Source: Candidatus Sericytochromatia bacterium
Lineage (GTDB): Bacteria; Cyanobacteriota; Sericytochromatia; S15B-MN24; UBA4093
Reading direction: 5' to 3'
Assembly (NCBI GenBank): GCA_036676495.1
Contig: JAKFCT010000028.1
Location: 32,001 to 96,000 of the forward strand
DNA: 64,000 bases
The position numbers were made by a program, and so were the translations under genes. Positions 47,666 to 55,933 of this stretch are shown piece after piece; the first letter of the stretch is position 1, and each line of letters begins with the position of its first letter. The notes below the pieces were generated by a model. It searched no databases and was not told where the DNA came from. It saw only the letters and a list, made by a program, of their open reading frames with translations.

Positions 47666-49075
47666 ATGACGATGAGAGCCAATACCCGATTCTTCGCGCT
47701 CCTGGCCACGACCATGCTGGTCGGCTGCCAGCAGCCCAGCACGCCGTTCGCACCCTTCGGAGTCACGGTCAGCCAGAACGAGGCCTCCCACTCCGGCTTG
47801 CCGGAAGCCCTCACCGGGGGGCAAGCCATGCCTGTCGGCAGCTACGTCCCCAACGAGCTGATCGTCACGCTCAACGAGGGTGCTGATGCCCGCAAAGCCC
47901 TCGAAGGCTTTACCACGCTCGGAGAGCTGGACCTCGCGCAGCGCTTCGCCGCGGTCAAGCTACCCGCGGACATGAGCATCGAGCAGGCGCACACCCTCCT
48001 GAACTCGCGTCCGGGGATCGCGGACGTCTCCTTGAACCTGGTCTTCAAAAACACGGCCCTCCCCCAGCCCGCCGTGCGCATGGGTGAGCAGTGGGCACAC
48101 CGCGTGACCGAGACCACCCGCCTCTGGCAGGATCATGCCACGGTCCCCGCGAGCCAGGTCGTCGTCGCCGTGCTCGACACGGGGATCGCCATGGGCCATC
48201 CGGAGTTCGCGGGCCGTCTCGTGGGCCCCCAGAACTTCACCGCCGACAACGGGGGCGTGTTCACCGATCCGAGGGACGGCAACAAGCACGGGACGCACGT
48301 GGCGGGCATCATCGGGGCCCAGGGCACGGAAGTCGTCGGCGTGGCGCCGGACGTCAGGATCATGCCGATCAAGGTGCTGAGCGACTACTACGGCGGCGAT
48401 ACCTTCAGCATCGCTCAGGGCATGGCCTACGCCTGGGGGGCGGACGTGGATGGCGCCGGCCCGCGCGTGGCCCTAGATCCGGAGATCGCAGAGCAGGTGC
48501 GGGTCATGAACATGAGCCTCGGATCCCCGTCTCGCGGCCGCAACTCCCTGTACGACGCGGCGATCGCCGAGGCCCGTCAACGCGGCATCCTGGTCGTGGT
48601 GGCCGCCGGCAACGACGGCATGGAAGTCGCGAGCCCCGCCAACTCGCCCTATGCGCTCTCTGTTTCCTCGACGAGCCCCTACCGGCTCGGCGATCAGCTC
48701 TGGGAGTGGCTCTCGGGATTCTCCAACCGCGGGAACCGGATCGATCTCTCGGCCCCCGGTGGGCAGATCCTCTCCACCCTACCTGATTACCCGTACACCA
48801 ACGTCAACCTGGTTCCGCAGCCCGAGGACTACGGCAACCTGAGCGGCACCTCGATGGCGGCTCCCTACATCGCCGGGGTGGCCGCGCTCGTCACGGCCAA
48901 GTACCCGCCGCAACCGGGCGAGAACCTGGCGGCGTACGTCGACAAGCTCAAGGAGCACCTCGAAGCGACCTCCGACGACCTGGGCGCTCCCGGCAAGGAT
49001 CCGAAGTACGGCTGGGGCCGGGTCAACACCCTGCGGGCGGTCACGACGGCCTTCCCCGCCAAGCACCCCAAGTAA
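47666..49075 (+). CDS. S8 subtilisin-family serine protease, lipoprotein with propeptide
   Basis: Lipobox LVGC; triad VAVLDTG / HGTHVAG / GTSMAAP; oxyanion AAGN. Confidence 0.95.
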   Translation: MTMRANTRFFALLATTMLVGCQQPSTPFAPFGVTVSQNEASHSGLPEALTGGQAMPVGSYVPNELIVTLNEGADARKALEGFTTLGELDLAQRFAAVKLPADMSIEQAHTLLNSRPGIADVSLNLVFKNTALPQPAVRMGEQWAHRVTETTRLWQDHATVPASQVVVAVLDTGIAMGHPEFAGRLVGPQNFTADNGGVFTDPRDGNKHGTHVAGIIGAQGTEVVGVAPDVRIMPIKVLSDYYGGDTFSIAQGMAYAWGADVDGAGPRVALDPEIAEQVRVMNMSLGSPSRGRNSLYDAAIAEARQRGILVVVAAGNDGMEVASPANSPYALSVSSTSPYRLGDQLWEWLSGFSNRGNRIDLSAPGGQILSTLPDYPYTNVNLVPQPEDYGNLSGTSMAAPYIAGVAALVTAKYPPQPGENLAAYVDKLKEHLEATSDDLGAPGKDPKYGWGRVNTLRAVTTAFPAKHPK

Positions 49076-49077
49076 GC

Positions 49078-49111
49078 AAGGGGGCTGCCAAATGGCAGCC
49101 CCCTTTGTTTT
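49078..49111 (+). terminator. Intrinsic terminator closing the Kelch-subtilase operon
   Basis: gggggctgcca-aa-tggcagccccc followed by tttgtttt. Confidence 0.82.
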
Positions 49112-49137
49112 ATCGAGTTCGGCCTGTGGCTGGCGGC

Positions 49138-49971
49138 CTATCCCTTTACTGCCCCAGCGGTTTGGCCGCCGATGAAGAAGCGCTGCAGGCCGATGAAGAC
49201 GGCCACGATGGGCACGATCGAGAGCACCGAACCCGCCGCGATCAGGCGCCAGTTCGCCGAGAACGTGCCCGCCAGGTAGGAGATGCCCACTGGCAGCGTG
49301 TAGAGATCGGGGTCCTTGAGCACGATCAAGGGCCAGAGGAAGTCCCCCCACGAGCCCACGAAGACGAAGATCGCCAGGGTCGCGAGGCTCGGCTTGGTCA
49401 GGGGCAGCATGACCTGCCAAAAGACCTGCCAGGGGTTCGCGCCGTCGATCACCGCGGCCTCCTCGATTTCCCGGGGAATGGCCAGGAAGGCCTGCCGCAT
49501 CAGGAAGATGCCGAAGGCGCTCACGGCGGTGGGAAGGATCAGGCCCGCGTAGGAGTTCAAGAGGCCCAGGCGCTGGGATAGGACGAAGAGGGGGATCATG
49601 ATGACCGGCAGGGGAATCATCATGGTGGCCAGGATCAGGACGAAGAGCGGCTCGCGGCCCCGAAAGCGCATTCGGGCGAGCGGAAACGCCGCCAAGCTCG
49701 CGAGGACCAGGTTCAGCGCGACGGCCGCCGCCGCCACCAGGACCGAGTTGAAGAAATACCTCCCGAACGGCACGGCCTCCCAGACCTGCCGGAAGTTGTC
49801 CAGCGTCGGTTGGGCGGGCCAGAGGCTCGGCGGGTAGGCGAAGATATTTTCGGCGCCGCCCTTGAGGGCCGTCACCAGAAGCCAGAGGAAGGGACCCACC
49901 GTGAGGACGGCCAGAGCAAGCAGGCCGACCCAGGTGGCAATTACCTTGCAAACGTGGGTATAGGTACGCAT
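49138..49971 (-). CDS. Orphan carbohydrate ABC transporter permease (MalG/LacG-like)
   Basis: FGIFLMRQAF..IPREIEEAAVIDGA; C-terminal GAVKG. Confidence 0.92.
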   Translation of the reverse strand: MRTYTHVCKVIATWVGLLALAVLTVGPFLWLLVTALKGGAENIFAYPPSLWPAQPTLDNFRQVWEAVPFGRYFFNSVLVAAAAVALNLVLASLAAFPLARMRFRGREPLFVLILATMMIPLPVIMIPLFVLSQRLGLLNSYAGLILPTAVSAFGIFLMRQAFLAIPREIEEAAVIDGANPWQVFWQVMLPLTKPSLATLAIFVFVGSWGDFLWPLIVLKDPDLYTLPVGISYLAGTFSANWRLIAAGSVLSIVPIVAVFIGLQRFFIGGQTAGAVKG

Positions 49972-49977
49972 GGGCCC

Positions 49978-50006
49978 ATTCTAGCCTCCCGCCCCCGGGA
50001 TCGCAA
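49978..50006 (-). promoter_or_regulatory. sigma70 promoter giving a probable leaderless mRNA
   Basis: TTGCGA-N17-TAGAAT-gggccc-ATG. Confidence 0.65.
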
Positions 50007-50123
50007 ACCGCCGGTCTTTCGCGGAGCCTCATGTGCTAGAATGGCAAGCATCCTAGCACCCTCGGCAGGTCGAGGGAGTCAATCACGGCGTTCTGGTCAA
50101 TTCCAGAAAGGAGCGTCTCGGTC

Positions 50124-50315
50124 ATGGCGAAGATTTCGGTTGAGCAAGTCGAAGCCACGTATGGCATCACCTCGCGCGAGGTGCGCAACGCCATCGCTGA
50201 CGGCCATCTCGCGGGCGAGCGCGTCCACGGCAAGTGGATGGTCGATAGTCAAAGCCTTCACAAAGCCATCGAGGCGGGACTCCTCAAGGACCGCAAGAAC
50301 GCCATGAAGCCGTAA
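50124..50315 (+). CDS. Small excisionase/MerR-like helix-turn-helix DNA-binding protein
   Basis: ISVEQVEATYGITSREVRNAIADGHLAGERVHGKWMV matches the HTH_17 pattern; AAAGGAG RBS; TG-C-TAGAAT upstream; hairpin with T residues downstream. Confidence 0.78.
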   Translation: MAKISVEQVEATYGITSREVRNAIADGHLAGERVHGKWMVDSQSLHKAIEAGLLKDRKNAMKP

Positions 50316-50482
50316 GGCCTTTCCTTTTTCGGCCCGGTGCATCCAGGATGCCCGGGCCTTTCTGTTGGCGGCTGGCGGGGAAACCTCCGTTGCGGTTGAG
50401 CCGCAGGTGCTGGTGACCGACGAAAGCCGTGCCGTTCGGGTATAATGGGGGGCGCTGCGCCCTGATATCCTGGAGGCCCCCC

Positions 50483-52387
50483 TTGGATAGCTCCTCGTCC
50501 CAACGAATCGTCGACCGCGTCGTCGAAGTCTTCCTCTGGATCCTGCTGCTTTTCACCCCGCTCTTGATCAACGTGGCCAACGTGGACGCCTACCGCACGG
50601 TGCAGGCGATGTTCGCCTCGTGCCTCTCGGCCCTCGCGGTCGGATCCTGGTGCGTGGGCCTCTCGATCACCCGGCGCTGGCGAGAGATCCTCCGGATGCC
50701 CCTGCTCGTGCCGCTGGCGATCTTCGCCGCCTGGGTGCTGGTCAGCGCGACGCGCTCCACGGCCCCTGGCATGAGCCTTTTGAGCTGGCTGAACCTGGCG
50801 CTCTACTCCGGAGTCTTCATGGCGATCGCCGACCTCACCAGCCGGAACGCCGCGGCGCGCAGCCGCCTCCTCGTGGCGCTGCTCGTCCCCTTCGCCCTGA
50901 ACTCCCTCGCAGGCATCCTGCAATACCGCCACTTCGACTTCATGGCCCTCGGGCGCGAGATGGGCCTCAGCGGAGGCATGCTCAACTACGTCGCCGGCCT
51001 CGAGGCTCCCGCCAAGCTGGGATCCGCCGCCGGCATGCTCGGTAATCAGAACGTGCTGGGTGACTACCTCGTCGTCCTCATCCCCTTGGCCTTCGCCCTG
51101 GCCGTGTCCAGCATCTGGATGGCCATCCCGGCGGGCCTGGCGGGGTACCTCGGATTGGTCGCCCTGTTTGCCTCGCAAACGCGAGGAGCGTGGGTGGCGA
51201 CGCTCATCGCGGGCATCCTCACCGTGATCGCGTGCTCGATCATTGGCTCCCAGAAGTACAAGCATCTCTCGCTCAAGCATTTTGCCCCCCTCGGGCTGGT
51301 TCTGATGCTCGGTTTGAGCGGAGCGACGATTGCCGGAGGTGGCTTCGTCGTGGCCATCGGCAACGGCAGCGTGGTGGTCGCCGGCAACCTGAACCAGGAC
51401 AACATTCTGACCCGAAGCCTCGACAAGATTGCGAATGCCGGAAAGGACCGAACCAGCCAACAGCGCCTCACCGCCTGGGACGTCGCGACGCTCATGGCCA
51501 ACGACAGCCCCATCATGGGGCAGGGCATCGGGACCTACAAGATCAAGTACTTCAACTTCCTCGCCAAGAAGTACGCCGACGCCCCCGTCCCCGAGATGAT
51601 GCAGCACCGCTACGTGCAGGCTCACAACGACCTGATCCAGCTGGCCGCCGAAACCGGTTACGTCGGCTTCCTGCTCGGTCTCGCCACGCTGCTGATGTTC
51701 GCCTGGGGCCTCCTGCGCTTCGTCTGGCAACGGACGCTTCCCGGCCGTGAGGCCCTGCTGATCCTGGCGGGCCTGGGCGGCTTGACGGCCATGGTACTCA
51801 GCGCCCTCTTCGGCTTCCCCTTCCACATTGCCGCCTCCTCCACCGCCTTCGCAGCGGTCGCCGGGATCATCGCGGGACCGTGGTTCGCCGATCGCCGGGC
51901 CCTCCAACCGGAAACGGCCTCCCCAGCAGGCAAGGGCATCCTCCAGCAGGTCGTTCTGCCCATCGCCATGGGATGCTTCGCGCTCGCGCTGGTCGTCGCC
52001 TACTACCGCCCTTACCAGGCGGACATCCTCATCAAGCAAGGGACGGAACTCTACCAGGACCGCCAGATTCCGCAGGCCCGTGCCCTCTTTGAGGAAGCCG
52101 TCGCCCTCGACGGAGAGCGCGGAGACGCCCGGATGATGCTGGGCATCATCCTTACGGCTTATCAGCAGTACCCGCAGAGCGTGCAGATGCTCAATCAGGC
52201 CCTTTTGAGCTACGACGACGTGACCCTGCACTTCTACCTGGGCCGCGTCTACGAAGTCATGAACGAGCTGAAACTGGCCAAGCAGCATTACGAACGGGCG
52301 ATGCATTACTTCCCGCCGTCGACCGAGATCTACCAGACGGTGGAAGCGCGCTTGCGCGTCGTGAACGCGCAGCTCGCCACCCCTTAG
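50483..52387 (+). CDS. O-antigen ligase (Wzy_C) family membrane protein with C-terminal TPRs
   Basis: TTG start after GGAGG; LGNQN, SQTRGAW, R...W......PIMGQGIGTY, AHNDLIQLAAETG; TPR tail. Confidence 0.88.
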   Translation: MDSSSSQRIVDRVVEVFLWILLLFTPLLINVANVDAYRTVQAMFASCLSALAVGSWCVGLSITRRWREILRMPLLVPLAIFAAWVLVSATRSTAPGMSLLSWLNLALYSGVFMAIADLTSRNAAARSRLLVALLVPFALNSLAGILQYRHFDFMALGREMGLSGGMLNYVAGLEAPAKLGSAAGMLGNQNVLGDYLVVLIPLAFALAVSSIWMAIPAGLAGYLGLVALFASQTRGAWVATLIAGILTVIACSIIGSQKYKHLSLKHFAPLGLVLMLGLSGATIAGGGFVVAIGNGSVVVAGNLNQDNILTRSLDKIANAGKDRTSQQRLTAWDVATLMANDSPIMGQGIGTYKIKYFNFLAKKYADAPVPEMMQHRYVQAHNDLIQLAAETGYVGFLLGLATLLMFAWGLLRFVWQRTLPGREALLILAGLGGLTAMVLSALFGFPFHIAASSTAFAAVAGIIAGPWFADRRALQPETASPAGKGILQQVVLPIAMGCFALALVVAYYRPYQADILIKQGTELYQDRQIPQARALFEEAVALDGERGDARMMLGIILTAYQQYPQSVQMLNQALLSYDDVTLHFYLGRVYEVMNELKLAKQHYERAMHYFPPSTEIYQTVEARLRVVNAQLATP

Positions 52388-52541
52388 CCCTTTCCCGACC
52401 TCAGCATTCCCCCAGGGCCCGCACTTGATGGGCCCTGGGGGAATGCGTGGCCTAAAACTCCGTGCTTGCCCGGATGCCGGCCACTGCGGCATGGGTTATT
52501 CTGAGGCAAAGGCCCCAGAGGGCTCAGAAGCGGAGGTTCGC

Positions 52542-52988
52542 ATGAAGGTTTTGGCGACCACGGACGGGTCCGACCTGTCCCTGAAGGCACTCGGGCAGCT
52601 CAGTCGGTTCCTCAAGCCCGAGGACACCCCGATCGAACTGGTCTCGGTGTATCGTTCGCCACGAACCCTGACCTATGGCGCGGATCCCATGGGTGTCAGC
52701 TACGAGCGGATGGTGGATCAGCTGCAAGACGAAGCCGAGAGCGACTGCGAGGCGGGCCGACAGGTCCTGGCCGCGCAGGGCTTCGCGGTGAAGACGGTGA
52801 CCCTCATGGGCGAACCGGCCGCGGCCATCCTGACGCTGGCGGAGCAACTCACGCCGGATCTGATCGTCGTGGGCTCGCACGGCCGCAGCGGGATCTCGCG
52901 CTTCCTGCTCGGTAGCGTCTCCGAACAGGTGCTTCGTTACGCTCCCTGCTCCACGCTGGTAATCAAGCTCCCCCGGGACCAGGCCTGA
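52542..52988 (+). CDS. Universal stress protein (UspA family)
   Basis: KVLATTDGS, DLIVVGSHGRSGISRFLLGSVSEQVLRYAPCSTLV. Confidence 0.93.
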   Translation: MKVLATTDGSDLSLKALGQLSRFLKPEDTPIELVSVYRSPRTLTYGADPMGVSYERMVDQLQDEAESDCEAGRQVLAAQGFAVKTVTLMGEPAAAILTLAEQLTPDLIVVGSHGRSGISRFLLGSVSEQVLRYAPCSTLVIKLPRDQA

Positions 52989-52994
52989 TGCCTG

Positions 52995-53573
52995 CTAGCG
53001 CGGGGTATCCTTGAGCCGCAACAAGTAGGTCCCCGCGCCGTCGGGGTCATGGTCGAAGTTGAGCCGGCGTCCCGCCGCGAGCACGATCGTCACCTGCTGG
53101 CGGCGCGAGGCGTAGCCCGGGTAACTTGCCGTCACCTCCAGCGCCACCCCCATGGGCAGGTCCGGAAGGATGTAGGCGCCGTCCTCGATGGGGACCACCC
53201 GGGTCTGCGGCGGAGTCCCCGGAATCCGGACCGTCACCTTCCCCTCACTCCCCGGAAGCAGCTTATAGCCCTCGGGAAGCCCGGTCTCGGCAGCCACCGT
53301 GGGGGTCTCCGCGATGTAGACATGGCCGGACAACGCCGCGGTCGAAACCGGCTGCCCGTTGCCGATCGCCCGCGCCGGCGGCCGCTTGTAGCCCGGCGCG
53401 GGGTAGGTCTCACTCCAACAGGCCGGAAGCCCCAACAGCCCCAGGCCCAGGATCACCGCGCGCAGGGGCCCGCGCCCATGGCACCTCCCGCTGAGCGGCC
53501 TCAGCCGCGGCATGAGACGGTGCCCGAACCTTTGCCTGAACCTTTGCCTGAGACTTTGCCCGACCTCATGCAT
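52995..53573 (-). CDS. Hypothetical lipoprotein with carboxypeptidase-regulatory-like beta-sandwich
   Basis: Lipobox LPAC; LSGHVY...DGAYILPDLPMG...VTASYPGY; start uncertain. Confidence 0.68.
   Translation of the reverse strand: MHEVGQSLRQRFRQRFGHRLMPRLRPLSGRCHGRGPLRAVILGLGLLGLPACWSETYPAPGYKRPPARAIGNGQPVSTAALSGHVYIAETPTVAAETGLPEGYKLLPGSEGKVTVRIPGTPPQTRVVPIEDGAYILPDLPMGVALEVTASYPGYASRRQQVTIVLAAGRRLNFDHDPDGAGTYLLRLKDTPR
53526..53561. repeat. 12-bp tandem repeat x3 (gaacctttgcct)
   Basis: Two exact units and one degenerate unit, encoding GQSL-RQRF-RQRF. Confidence 0.7.
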
Positions 53574-53652
53574 GAAAGACCCTCCCTTCCGGCATCCTAG
53601 CGGATCCCGGCGGGGAGGGTCTTGGGTAAAGGGGCCAAGGGTTATGGTGGAG

Positions 53653-54798
53653 TTAGACCCGCTTCTTCGAGTCGAAGGCGTCCCGCAGGCCGTCTCCGAA
53701 GAAGTTGAAGGCCACCACCGTCGCGACGATCACGAAGCCCGGAGCCAAGAGCCACGGGTGCAGGCTCAGGCTCGCGAGGCTGCGCGCCTCCTCGAGCATG
53801 TTGCCCCAGCTCGCCGCCGGCTGCTGAACGCCCAGGCCGAGCATCGACAGCGCCGACTCTCCCAGGATGTAGCTGGGCACCATCAGCGAGACCGAGACGA
53901 TCACCCAGGACGAGGTCTGCGGCAGGATGTGCTTGACGATCACCCAGAGGTGATTCGCGCCGGCCGCCCGCGACGCCTCCACGTACTCCTGCTGCTTGAT
54001 CGAGAGCACCATGCCGCGGATGACGCGCGACAAGCTGGTCCAGCCCAGCAGCGCCAAGATCGCCGTGATGACGAAGTAGCGCTGGGTCGGGGTGATGTCC
54101 CAGTGATAGGTGACGCCGAACAAGGCGAGCAAGAGGTAGAACGAAGGGAAGGCCATCAGGGCTTCGACGATCCGCATGAGGACGTTGTCGATCCAGCCGC
54201 CGAAGTAGCCGGCGATACCGCCGATCAGCATGCCGAGCGGGATGACGATGGCGATCGCCATCAAGCCGACCGTCAGCGAGACCCGCGAGCCGTAGAGGAG
54301 GCGCGAGAAGATATCCCGCCCCGCCTGATCCGCCCCAAAGAGGTAGAGCCGCGCGGAATCCCCTTCCACTCCGAAGAGGTGGAGCTTGGCCGGGATCAGC
54401 CCCCAGAGCTTGTACTCGGGCCCCTGATGGAAGAGCGTGATCCGGTAGGGCTTGGACGTATCCTCCTGGTACTTGCTCAGGAGGGTCTCCGTATCGAACT
54501 CCTCGGTCTGGTTGTAAATGAAGGGCCCGACGAACTTGCCCTCGTGCATGACGTGGATGGCCGCCGGAGGCTGATAGCTCTTGTTGCGGTCCTCGTAGAT
54601 CTCCGTGTAGGGAGCGAAGAACTCGGCGAAGATCATCAGCACGTACATGATCCCCAGGATCCACATGCCGGCGACGGCCATCTTGTGCTTGGTGAAGCGC
54701 CGCCAGATGCGCGCGTTGGTGCTGACCATGGGGGGCAGCTCGTCCTCGGGACGGCCCTGCATCGGCTTGGACATGGTTTCCGGATTCACAGTCGCCAT
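53653..54798 (-). CDS. Peptide ABC transporter permease (OppC/DppC)
   Basis: FGADQAGRDIFSRLLYGSRVSL, EYVEASRAAGA, ESALSMLGLG, GDGLRDAFD. Confidence 0.93.
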   Translation of the reverse strand: MATVNPETMSKPMQGRPEDELPPMVSTNARIWRRFTKHKMAVAGMWILGIMYVLMIFAEFFAPYTEIYEDRNKSYQPPAAIHVMHEGKFVGPFIYNQTEEFDTETLLSKYQEDTSKPYRITLFHQGPEYKLWGLIPAKLHLFGVEGDSARLYLFGADQAGRDIFSRLLYGSRVSLTVGLMAIAIVIPLGMLIGGIAGYFGGWIDNVLMRIVEALMAFPSFYLLLALFGVTYHWDITPTQRYFVITAILALLGWTSLSRVIRGMVLSIKQQEYVEASRAAGANHLWVIVKHILPQTSSWVIVSVSLMVPSYILGESALSMLGLGVQQPAASWGNMLEEARSLASLSLHPWLLAPGFVIVATVVAFNFFGDGLRDAFDSKKRV

Positions 54799-54801
54799 CC
54801 T

Positions 54802-55770
54802 TTACGCCTCCAACTTGATCCGCGGGTCGACCAGGGCGAGCAGGATATCCGCCAGCAGGTTGCCCACGAGCAGCATGAAGGCGCCCATCATGATGCCCGC
54901 CATCGCGAGCGTCATGTCGAGGCCCTGAAGGGCTTCGAGCATCATCATGCCCATGCCCGGCCAGCCGATGATGATCTCGACCAGCGCGAAGCCGGAGAGC
55001 AGCGATGCGAACTCGTAACCCAGGATGGTGACCAGGGGGTTGATCGCGTTGCGGACCGCGTGCTTGTAGATGACCCGATTCTCGGGCAGGCCCTTGGCCC
55101 GGGCCGTGCGGACGTACTCTTCGCCGAGCACGTCGAGCAGGTTGCCGCGCATGCGGCGCTGCAAGATCGCGATCGAGCCGACCGCCACGGCGAAGACCGG
55201 GATGACCAGGTGCTTGCCGATGTCGAGGGCCTGCTGCATGGGCGTCAGGTAGGCGAAATCCGGGCTGGTCATGCCGCCCACCGGCAGGACTCCGGTCTTG
55301 GCCGCCGCGAAGAGCAGCAAGAGCGCCAGGAAGAACTCGGGAATGCCCAGCAGGAAGAAGGTGAACCCGGACGCCACCTTGTCGAAGGTGGAGTACTGTC
55401 GCACCGCCATGGCGATGCCCAAGGGGATCGCGACCAGCCAGGTGAAGAGGAAGGCGGCCACCCCCAGGATCAGGGTGTTGCCGAGGCGCTGGACGATCAA
55501 GCTCGAGACCGAGGTGCGGTACATGAAGCTCTGGCCCATGTCGCCCTGGACGAAATTGGTCGCCCAGCGGACGTACTGGATGTGCACCGGCTGATCGAGA
55601 CCCAGGCGCGCGCGCTCGGCGGCGATCGTCTCAGGGCTGATGCTGGGATTGAGGGCCTTCTGGGTGAGGAAGTCACCCGGCGCCATCTTCGAGATCCCGA
55701 AGCTGATGATCGAGATGAAGATCAGCAGGGGGATCATCTGGATTAGGCGCTTGAGAATGTACCGGAACAT
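54802..55770 (-). CDS. Peptide ABC transporter permease (OppB/DppB)
   Basis: YILKRL, APGD, GLDQP, YVRTARAKGL, HAVRNA, DILLALVDPRI. Confidence 0.94.
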   Translation of the reverse strand: MFRYILKRLIQMIPLLIFISIISFGISKMAPGDFLTQKALNPSISPETIAAERARLGLDQPVHIQYVRWATNFVQGDMGQSFMYRTSVSSLIVQRLGNTLILGVAAFLFTWLVAIPLGIAMAVRQYSTFDKVASGFTFFLLGIPEFFLALLLLFAAAKTGVLPVGGMTSPDFAYLTPMQQALDIGKHLVIPVFAVAVGSIAILQRRMRGNLLDVLGEEYVRTARAKGLPENRVIYKHAVRNAINPLVTILGYEFASLLSGFALVEIIIGWPGMGMMMLEALQGLDMTLAMAGIMMGAFMLLVGNLLADILLALVDPRIKLEA

Positions 55771-55933
55771 CCTGCTCTCCTAAACGAGGTGAGCTTCTAA
55801 CCCGACCAATTGGGGGATCCGAGGGGCGCCGGCGCGGGCGACGATCGATCCGGTTCAGGTAGACGCTCTGGGGGCCGTTGGACGATTGTAGCACGATCCG
55901 AACGGGCAAAGCCGCTCGGATCGTGCCTTTGGG

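Noticed and set aside
50124-50315. Prophage or ICE remnant implied by the excisionase-like gene
   Set aside because: No integrase, att site or phage genes in the flanks
52404-52446. 17-bp GC-rich hairpin (others at about 19908-19951, 21425-21452, 41877-41932 and 55891-55926) as a REP/MITE family
   Set aside because: The hairpins share no sequence with each other and sit at gene 3' ends, consistent with ordinary terminators or stabilising stems
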